The translations under genes were made by a program, and so were the position numbers. DNA of 64,000 bases from the NCBI GenBank assembly GCA_032718475.1, contig JAUCBJ010008088.1, positions 1-64,000 on the forward strand. Direction: 5' to 3'. Each line of letters begins with the position of its first letter. Positions within the stretch are counted from its first letter, which is position 1. Below are positions 25,001 through 32,998 of this stretch, piece after piece. The stretch comes from Nemertoderma westbladi. Its lineage: Eukaryota; Animalia; Xenacoelomorpha. Below the pieces are notes generated by a model, which made no database searches, was not told where the DNA came from, and was given only the letters and a program-made list of their open reading frames with translations.

Positions 25001-25503
25001 GAACTAGAGTAGGTTGGTACTTCACTGGCCCTTCCCGTAGAACTCTCAAAGAGAGATTACCTCAACAACAGGTATACCAAGTAAAGGAATGGGAAGTGGA
25101 GAGCAGTGATGTGGACGATCCAACTGAGGGAACACCATACTCCTCAGATAATGACGATATTAACTCCAATGTAGATCAATGGAGACATTGCCTTGGGACG
25201 ATTAATCCAGCCGACATCGCTTCCAGAGGAGCAACTCCTCAAGAACTGATAGATACTCCAGGCTGGTTAGGTGGATCCGACTCCTTAAGTAAAGAAGAAG
25301 AAGAATGGCCTCCTCATCTTACCACGGCAGAAATTAGACAGGCCAAGGGAGCGGAGAAAGTAACACAACAACTCAATCGCCCAGCTAGTCGTTTATGTTT
25401 ACTGGAAAGAGACCGAAAACTGTCCGAAAACTATGGAAGGCAAGATACTCTTCCTACGACTACTTCCCTAATCCGACAAATATCTAGGGACTCCATAACG
25501 TGA
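22000..25503 (+). CDS. BEL/Pao Gag + aspartic protease + RNase H C-terminal remnant (RT and integrase absent)
   Basis: DUF1759-like KFNGDEMKWLPF...EKLRFLIKCLEG...LNIRYGN; three BEL knuckles CALCDGPHRLSAC, CYNCLRSGHQRRTC, CAKCGAKHHILLH; protease ALLDSGS...ILIG...TRVGWYFTGP; then QWRHCLGTINPADIASRG...EEWP. No YxDD or integrase motifs. Confidence 0.92.
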   Translation, partial: SPRRTSKERKKELIERRKVAAAAAAEAEAERKEAEAERKAAEAEAERKAAEAEAERKAAEAERKATVAEAERRASEETIQLELENLQETQDSINKQYTANQMQMMRKSTPKRQGYTSSEEGDTTDPEGGGNRSHLSRRRKTSYRRKLPDLPPAVRRQLASTDLSSIEPTAQSIKVQRLSTIVDEPEIIRPVVPKVTSVLETPVLPEFNSKFPLHSTTLPVPGGTAQENIPVQIAEREIKNLSPVVPRQPATMLATPASAVEWVEDGRRGMNLLLGQMQETVHQLKGTVRESRAELQEVQQSIALERDKLVNIKKGIPIPPVTLCQPVRSEVLHAQGVEPTRIYTASEVETPIANPIKGDYRPVINDIPYRPDNDPRNLYTDKSILNNTMAQESFTRQMARTEARQAVKVGEIVKFNGDEMKWLPFNEYYKDSIQNSVLSNGEKLRFLIKCLEGPPKLMALKFIGHPEGLRQVWDTLNIRYGNKDNIAKYLYAKLVAPRHFLSSGIIEFSDEIQEICRQLDWLGKSHEYQSSMVIGAVVSTLPKGGVCTRWHKKVLYMNEQQRRSPTMADLMSFLDGEVKLQLIKQAREKTSENKVSEKPVSRRRIIPVCYTDDGESQASQEEDSGKDTAKSYYDNKTYKDVSKYKSRISDRRKQVTTTPPTSPKRIHGRKPEERTRVHNVTQGKVSNIKPKCALCDGPHRLSACAEFLKKSPVDRRTVLWNKRLCYNCLRSGHQRRTCYSDVKCAKCGAKHHILLHSEFERDNPSQVSEPELHVQFSDVNDTDQGSEWEGFYTDEFSDANESCYLINTTVYRALTDEKDTDEFTPTPFDKQPSWKVPTSNIGIREFPVVQVRVHGPNKSYIVNALLDSGSTGTFIDQELAEDIFAGQPKFRTKLNMSGIMQVWKSTLTADYYVGVLSTPQDKLGTQGIRSVKMVAIKNFATTQADFYNWNEDESIQHLKIPRFQTDYPGVQILIGQNAHEALETLEKRPAQPQPLQTYAVRTRVGWYFTGPSRRTLKERLPQQQVYQVKEWEVESSDVDDPTEGTPYSSDNDDINSNVDQWRHCLGTINPADIASRGATPQELIDTPGWLGGSDSLSKEEEEWPPHLTTAEIRQAKGAEKVTQQLNRPASRLCLLERDRKLSENYGRQDTLPTTTSLIRQISRDSIT

Positions 25504-27123
25504 TAGCATGTGGAGTGGGCGTGTGACTATATCATTTTATATTTGTTTTTATTTTATATTTATGTATGTATTATTATGTAATTTATTATAATCGTTTTCT
25601 TTAATTTTATTTAGTAGAATGTTATTTTAGAATATTTAGTAAATTAGTGCAATATATTAGTGTTTATTACGTATTTAATTACTTACAATATATTTAGTGC
25701 GACGGCAAGAAATAATTATTTTTCTCTTTCCTTACTGTCCGTATCATATTATAAATACGTGACTACAGTAAGATGAAATGTCCGTACTTCTTAAGGTACA
25801 ATAAAGCCACTACTATATTTAAGTATTATTGGTAGGCAGAGTATTAGGAATGCAAAGTTCAGATCCTCGTGTCTCGGCTAAACCAAGCTCTGGGTAGACC
25901 TTGGAAACGACTTGCCTCTTCACACTGACATTGCTTCGTGCGATATTGCTCTTCTACCTTATAACAAATAATACATATAGTAGCGTGATGTCCCTCTAAC
26001 AGTAGCGTAAATCGCAAATAAATCTGTTAAACTTTTTGACCATCTGTAATTCTAGTCGATTAAGATATCGTGGCACCCACCGATATACTTGAAAGACAAA
26101 TTCTAGAATCAGTGGTTAACGTCCCCAGACAAGTTCTGGAATAAATCGGTGCTCATCCTAAATATTAATTTAATATTTATTAAAATCTGTAAAATCCCGA
26201 TCCTTTAAAAATTCTAGTCAATTAAGATATCGCAGTATTTACCGATATTCTTAAAAGGACTATTTTATAGAATTAAGGATCCTAAGTCCCCAGATATGCT
26301 CTGGAATAAAATTTGTGTCAATTTAACATCAAATAATAAAATTCACGGGAATGAACTTAAATTCATATTCAAATGAATTTCATAAATTGTCATTTTGTGC
26401 AATTTATAACATTCCCAAAATTCCAGTAATTAATAGATCATGGGAGCGGAGATTCATATTGAGTGTACTAGAGTGTGAGAATCTCCAACATATAGTCAAT
26501 ATCCGATAAAATTTATAAAATCATGCATAAAGAGGATATTGACAATTAAAGAATTACTATTAAATAACATCCCAGATCTGTATGCATGAGAATTACCCTA
26601 ATTCTACCGCTAGTTTTCCATAATGTCACCATGGCAACACCCACGCTAGAATTAGAAGCAAGTTAAAGGAACAATAAAAAGCTTGCCCCATTGCGTAGCA
26701 TAAGAGTATACATAGCGCACTATTAGTATCCAAGGATACATAGTAATAACGTGACATTCTGGAAGACACTGACTAACGGACAAATGGCATGCATGTGTGC
26801 AGTACGTAATGATTGTATGGAATTTGTGCGTTTATAGGTGAATGTTACTACTAAAGTGTGTTTACAGTAGCTAATCGCAATTGTAAAGTAGCCCTAACTC
26901 TACCGAGATAACCTCAAGTGGATTCAAGCCTTTGGGACGGACAGTGGTGGGACTTGTGCCGGTTATCGTTGTCGTGCTGTTGCTACATGTTGGCGTAAAC
27001 ACTGCGACAACGGTACATCGGCGCTGAGAAACCCACTGTCCGGGGGCAAAGCCTAGTAGGCAGCGACGCCCGCTTGCCTAAAATATTAACTCATATTGAT
27101 ATTAATAAACTCAGATAGCAGAT

Positions 27124-30100
27124 ATGACGGAATTGATAGAAGATGACCTTGGTATTAGAGAGCGATATACTCTACCTTTACAAGCGTTTGTGGATAGCTT
27201 GATACGCGGTGAAGCCGATCCGACTATTACGGAGGACGATGGTCGTTATATCGAACCGCCGATGTCCCAGGAACAACTTACGCGTGAATCGGACTATAGA
27301 AAATTCACCGCTCGCTATACGAATCGTAATGGTACGTATATGAACTTCTTAACTACCGGCCATCCTACCGATTTACATGATACTGATGATGTAGACACCG
27401 AAAGGGAAATGGTTTTATTTAAATATCATGCCCAGCGGAATCGTAATGATAAACCGAGAATAGAACACGAGAACTCTATTCGCAACCTACTCGACAGAGA
27501 AAACGTTGAAGAACCCGATAAGCGTATCAATTTCAACGACTACTTGGAATTTTTGAGAGAAACCTATCTCAATATTGCCAGTCAACAGAACCTAGAGACT
27601 CGATATCCTCAAGGTATACATCACGATCCCATGGTAGAACTCAAACGACTCTATTTCACCATGATGTATCTTACCGCAGATCGTCCACTGCCTGTTGTCC
27701 CGGACAGCTTTGAACAAATGGAAGAGTATTGCAAAACTGGAGAACGATCACCCGCGTTTCCTCTGCAGGACGTACGTCTTTGGTATTATTGTGACTCATG
27801 TCCTAGACCTAACCAGCAAACGGAAAGACATAAACATCCGCGGAGACGTTGTGCTAAACACAGTTTTACGCGTTATACTTACGGGAGTTTCGAGCGAAAC
27901 CTGTTCGACGTATCACCTACGATCGCCCGTCTAAAACGATCGCTAAATAAACCCATGATCAGAGTTCCGGAATACTCGGTCAGGCCTCCCCATTTCCCCG
28001 TGAGACCTCAAACTCTTGATCCTAACAGTATCACTGATCCTCCCGAGTTATATTCACTGTTCAAAGATTTGGTGTTACCCGAGCAGTTAATCGGTGGGGT
28101 TCCAGCGGTAGGTTCGTTAGATATTCGACCATCCTATTTAACCGGATTGGGACGTGGGCATCTAACATCGCCATTTAATCCTTACAATCGGCCAGGATTA
28201 ACTCCGATACAACCTGCCACGGAAGTCGAGGAGAGTGTCATCAGAAACGCTCTAGACGCCATCCGACAGAAAATCGGAAAGGGAACCCAGGATTTTCTAG
28301 AGAAACGTAAATTACAGCAGCAGGTCCAATCGGTTAAAGAGTTAGCCTTGCCGCAGTTTGATAGAGAAATCCAAAACCTCGAAGAGGACATCGAGCTTGG
28401 ACGTACGTATTCTCTACAGGAGTTTCTAGAAGAACGCTTACAGAAACAAGCGGAGGAAAATCAACTAGAGGAGACACATACGGAAATGGAAATGGATGAG
28501 AGAGAAGAAGCCGCTTTAGCCCAACCCGAAGCTCAGATACTCATAACATATCTCTACTCTAAAACCGTCCGTCATCCATCGATGGTTCCGCATTTCGGAG
28601 ACAAACTTTTTGCAAAGATACAACCCCAACCGGTTGATATCAGCATAAGATCGCAAAATCTTATCGCTGACGCTCCTATGTTACAGCGTCCGCCAATCGA
28701 GGCCGCTCGAGTTGACGGTATACTCGTTGAACCTCCGGACAATCGAGCGGATCTTGTCCGTCGTATGGTACACGATGTCAACATACGCGCTAGACCTTTA
28801 CAGAACTCTTTTTATGGAATTAAAGACCACCCTTATTACGTTAATCTGACTCAATATTATATGGTAAAACCAGAAGATCCGACACATAATTTAAAGTTTC
28901 TACCACTAATAAATCCTCTGGACATTGTCGAACTCGAACAATTGCAAAAACATCTGGATCAGTTAGTAAAGGTAAACTCATTTCGAAAACCATATAACGT
29001 TTCTCGAATAGAGAAGGATACAGAACCTCCTTATAATCTCGATGGATTTATTAAAACTCGATTAGTCCATTGGAATCTAGACGTATTATTCGAGGAGGAG
29101 AAAATACAAAGATATGGAAACGTGGAGACGTATACCACTCGATACATGAAGTATAGTGATCTCCCTGACGCTAATCAATGCGCCACCTTGTGGCATCCGG
29201 TAGGGATGACCCTCGAGAACGCCACCAAAGAGTGGAATGAAACTCTTAATATCATTGAGATGTATGGCGTTGTTACTTACGATAACGAAGGTAGCGTTCC
29301 AATCGGAGAATTAGGAACTACGCGCATGATACACATACGCGGATTAGCTGGTTCCACTCACGTGTTTACGCGAGCGTGTTCCGACGTGATCGATTATTCC
29401 TTTGAAATTCTCACCGAAACGCAAAAGAATCTCCGACATGGACAATTCGAACTCGCGCAGCGTTACGTCATTGACACCGAACGCAAACCGACCATGGGTA
29501 TCGATGGATCGATGTTACCCCAGCCCGTTCTCGAAATGTTATTCAACGAAAGAATCATTAAAATCGGCTCAGCTGTTTACGGAGATCTCCAAAACGACTT
29601 TCGGAATATGGAGAATATCCCCTATCCTTTCGTGGATACTCAGCTGATAGCTCCTTGGGCCGAAGGCCGAGGTTTCTTTCGCACCATGTATGCTAATGCG
29701 TCTAGCAACATTACAAAGGTGCAACGAACTTCCATCGGACATCTTGCTTTTCAGGAATACGGATGGAATTTCAAGGTCGGAAACCCCATCAACTATCAAC
29801 AAGTCTACGGAGACCATTATTCTCGATTATACTTTGACGGACCGTTGACCGCACCTGGCGCCGTGTATAGCTTCATGAGTGTTCCACTCCGCCCCTCCTT
29901 AGCTATCTACACGATCTTCGAAAACACCGCACTTTCCGGTTGGCTAGCCGATGTGTGCAGTCGTACTATACGCGCCCATCCATTAATCCTTGGGACCAAA
30001 CTCGCTAAGCTAGATGAACATAATAAATTCATCCGCTTTGAATGTTTCCGACGATTTTTAACCCCGTTTCGCAACGTGGATAGCCAATTCAAAGACCGCG

Positions 30101-31383
30101 CTTTGACCAAGCTCAGCTTAAGAGACTCGGCTGCGGAGAAGTTAGATAGCGCTGGATTCGCTATTTTCAAAGACATTTGTATAATAAACCTGCACTCCTC
30201 GGTTATCCAAAGACCTCGGATCCCCACAGGTTATTCTGTCGTAGAAATTCAGACGATAGGTCCACTTGAGGAGACGGCCATGCCTACCTCAACTATACAA
30301 GGGGAAGACGAACCCATATGTTTAGAATCTGAAGAGATTCAGCCCCCCACGTCTCGGAGTAGCGATAGCAACTATATATTGGAATGGTATCAAGGTCCAC
30401 AGTGTCTTACTGCGTATGATTATCGCCACGCCAATTATGTTTCTCGACAACGTTGTCGGCTGTGCGCATCGAGAGACCATATTACGTCTATGGACACCAA
30501 CGATCTCTGTTCCTATTTCCACGAACAACCGTCGATGGAAATCTATTGTGCATATTGTCGGCTTAATAATTTGCACATTTTTGCTGTCTGCCCCCAATTT
30601 ATGACTCAATGCCATCATTGTCAATTAAAAGGACACGCCAGCTTTGATTGTCCCTTTAATCATGATTTAGAGAGCGTAGATGAAATGATTGTACTACGTT
30701 ATATCAGAGCTTGGGAAGCGAACGCTGATTTACATTGTGATTCGCGCCATCGCTATTACCCTGGACGCGCTTACGAAGGAGTTTATGCGTTCCATCCTTA
30801 TTTGTTTGCATCCGTCGAGCAAAAATCACGCCTATCAAGTTATGAACTATTGAAGCGCGTTGGAGAATGTATTTCAACTAAATATGTACGCAAATTCCTC
30901 AGGAGCATTAATCCGAGTGACATCCATTCTTACAACTTAATAAACTTTATCCGTCAAGACCCTGCCTATGGAGACTTATTTGTCAACTCACACCCCGAGT
31001 TACAGGAAGTATATCGACGGCCTTACGAGTATCGAGCCCGCGAACGCGAGTTGGAAAGAACCATTAAACCAAGGAAGTTTCTAACTACCTATGGTCCACC
31101 CACGGCCCTCGTGCAGACCACTCGTACAGGACCCGTAAGAGCGGCTGTCTTGAAACGAGCTCTCAAAGCCGTTAGACCCCTCTCCCTGGACGTTGATGTC
31201 AATCAACCCGGTACTTCGACCGGCGGATATACCGATCGCAATCCCATACCTTCTGATGCAATCATATTGCACCCTTCACCCAGGAGTTATAGCCCTCCTC
31301 GTAAAGTGGCTCGCCCCAAAGAGAAAAGGACTCTTGCTAGCTTTAAAAAACTGCGTAAACGCCATCCGCGCAAGAAAGACTAA
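27124..31383 (+). CDS. 1419-aa accessory protein: DEDDy 3'-5' exonuclease-like domain plus 3 CCHC zinc knuckles
   Basis: ExoI VVTYDNEG; ExoII LPQPVLEMLFNERIIKIGSAVYGDL; FVDTQ; SIGHLA; ExoIII-like PLRPSLAIYTIFE; knuckles CRLCASRDH..C, CAYCRLNNLHIFAVC, CHHCQLKGHASFDC; basic C-terminus KKLRKRHPRKKD. The ORF is certain; the domain call is by motif recognition. Confidence 0.8.
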   Translation: MTELIEDDLGIRERYTLPLQAFVDSLIRGEADPTITEDDGRYIEPPMSQEQLTRESDYRKFTARYTNRNGTYMNFLTTGHPTDLHDTDDVDTEREMVLFKYHAQRNRNDKPRIEHENSIRNLLDRENVEEPDKRINFNDYLEFLRETYLNIASQQNLETRYPQGIHHDPMVELKRLYFTMMYLTADRPLPVVPDSFEQMEEYCKTGERSPAFPLQDVRLWYYCDSCPRPNQQTERHKHPRRRCAKHSFTRYTYGSFERNLFDVSPTIARLKRSLNKPMIRVPEYSVRPPHFPVRPQTLDPNSITDPPELYSLFKDLVLPEQLIGGVPAVGSLDIRPSYLTGLGRGHLTSPFNPYNRPGLTPIQPATEVEESVIRNALDAIRQKIGKGTQDFLEKRKLQQQVQSVKELALPQFDREIQNLEEDIELGRTYSLQEFLEERLQKQAEENQLEETHTEMEMDEREEAALAQPEAQILITYLYSKTVRHPSMVPHFGDKLFAKIQPQPVDISIRSQNLIADAPMLQRPPIEAARVDGILVEPPDNRADLVRRMVHDVNIRARPLQNSFYGIKDHPYYVNLTQYYMVKPEDPTHNLKFLPLINPLDIVELEQLQKHLDQLVKVNSFRKPYNVSRIEKDTEPPYNLDGFIKTRLVHWNLDVLFEEEKIQRYGNVETYTTRYMKYSDLPDANQCATLWHPVGMTLENATKEWNETLNIIEMYGVVTYDNEGSVPIGELGTTRMIHIRGLAGSTHVFTRACSDVIDYSFEILTETQKNLRHGQFELAQRYVIDTERKPTMGIDGSMLPQPVLEMLFNERIIKIGSAVYGDLQNDFRNMENIPYPFVDTQLIAPWAEGRGFFRTMYANASSNITKVQRTSIGHLAFQEYGWNFKVGNPINYQQVYGDHYSRLYFDGPLTAPGAVYSFMSVPLRPSLAIYTIFENTALSGWLADVCSRTIRAHPLILGTKLAKLDEHNKFIRFECFRRFLTPFRNVDSQFKDRALTKLSLRDSAAEKLDSAGFAIFKDICIINLHSSVIQRPRIPTGYSVVEIQTIGPLEETAMPTSTIQGEDEPICLESEEIQPPTSRSSDSNYILEWYQGPQCLTAYDYRHANYVSRQRCRLCASRDHITSMDTNDLCSYFHEQPSMEIYCAYCRLNNLHIFAVCPQFMTQCHHCQLKGHASFDCPFNHDLESVDEMIVLRYIRAWEANADLHCDSRHRYYPGRAYEGVYAFHPYLFASVEQKSRLSSYELLKRVGECISTKYVRKFLRSINPSDIHSYNLINFIRQDPAYGDLFVNSHPELQEVYRRPYEYRARERELERTIKPRKFLTTYGPPTALVQTTRTGPVRAAVLKRALKAVRPLSLDVDVNQPGTSTGGYTDRNPIPSDAIILHPSPRSYSPPRKVARPKEKRTLASFKKLRKRHPRKKD

Positions 31384-31461
31384 CTGTTTAGAGTATTTTT
31401 ATATTTTAGAAACTGTGATTTTGTATATTTTATAGACTTAAATCCCATTTTCTGGGAGCGG

Positions 31462-32651
31462 TGTAAAAGCTTTTGTGGGATAACTGATACGTTTGCCTTT
31501 GCTGGCCAGTTCCCCCCCGGTCGCTAGAATACTCTCAAAGGGATTTATAACTAAAATAGTGCAAGCTACCAGCTTATTGGCTGATGTGCTGTACGGAGAT
31601 ATCTGGGCTCAGTTTAATCGGCCAACTAGCTTAGAGAGGTTGCCTTAGCCTTGCTGTCCGTATCGGCCAATAGAATTTGAGTGGGCGTTGATTTCGACCT
31701 ATCCCAGAGCTACTGAACTGAATTTCCTATCTCACTGCTCATCCTCTGTGTTGAACGGGAGCTTCGGGGAATAAGGGTAGTTGGTATCCTCATATAGTAG
31801 GTAGTCATATGATTCTTCATATGATTCTGTTGTTATGTTCCCATTTTTCGCCATAACACCGGCTTTAGGGAATAACTCCAGTAAAACTGCTTAAATTATC
31901 GAAAGTATAACTGTTACCTTAACTAATCAATCTTAACTTACTTAACTCACTATTAATCATATTGTTTGTACTGTTATTTACCGTCAGTTATTAATTGTAT
32001 CTATTTGTTGATGGAAATATTGCTCTTTGGATAATACGGATAAATCACCCAAATTTCCCAATTTTCTTGATACACTACAGGTTAGAGAGACAGGCTATAC
32101 ATAACAATTGCGATTTATATTAATGTGGTGTGTATTGAATCTAATGTTATTTAGCAGACCCTACATGAGTCAATTGCTGCTCTCTTTATGTGTGATCAAA
32201 TTTACTGACGGTCGGCAGAATAGTGTGCATGATTGTGATTGGTAACAAAGTATTTCCTAAAGAATACGCCTTATACTTTAATCATAAGCGGTATCGTTGC
32301 GTTTAGTATAAGTCCTAGTTCTGTTTAAATAGATAGAGCGCCACGTCCTAAAGGAACTGTTAATATTTCCCGAAAGCCAATAATATCTGTCAGAGATTAA
32401 TTATTAACGATCTATCGAATAATACAGTAGGTTTACACTGCAACCTTACACTGCAATAATAAAATTTAAGCAGCCGAATTCAGCCTCCCGGGTGTAGATC
32501 CATCGGGTGAATGATCGCGCATGGGCTGACTTCGGGTAATGTTTTGTGTATTAGCATAAAATATTGTCGTATGCTAAAGGTGTTTTAATTAACTAAAAGA
32601 CATATAAATTTTGGCAGGTTAAACTGCTAAAGGTCTTCAAAAGCGCGAACA
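31462..32651 (+). repeat. 3' LTR
   Basis: Same length as the 5' LTR; one substitution seen (G17757 vs A31792). Confidence 0.96.
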
Positions 32652-32965
32652 TTCGTGTTTGTCAGTCTGTCTGTCTGTCTGTGTGTCGGTTTGTCTGTCA
32701 AAAATTATGGAAACATGAAATCTAACAAAATGTTTTGCTTTTGGGTGAAATGAAATCACCGACCAAGAAAATCCCATAATTGTTTGTTAATTTGAGATAT
32801 TTCTCAATTTTGACAGACAAGCAGACAGAAAGACCGACAGACAGACAGACGTACAAACATTAAATAATCAATCAAAAGTAAAAATAGATATCGGAAATGA
32901 AGTCACCGACCAAGAAAACCCCATAAATAAATTTGTTTGTTAATTTGATTTAGTTCTCAATTTTT

Positions 32966-32998
<33 letters not shown>

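Larger units (their letters stand above)
17427..32651 (+). mobile_element. Non-autonomous BEL/Pao LTR retrotransposon, 15.2 kb, with an extra exonuclease-like ORF
   Basis: Two 1190-bp TG...CA LTRs; 5-bp TSD TTCGT (17422-17426, 32652-32656); purine tract gggagcgg before the 3' LTR; BEL/Pao-type gag and protease. Confidence 0.96.

Noticed and set aside
27124-31383. Envelope (env) gene interpretation of the third LTR-element ORF
   Set aside because: No signal peptide or transmembrane segment seen; it has nuclease-like motifs, CCHC knuckles and a basic NLS-like end.
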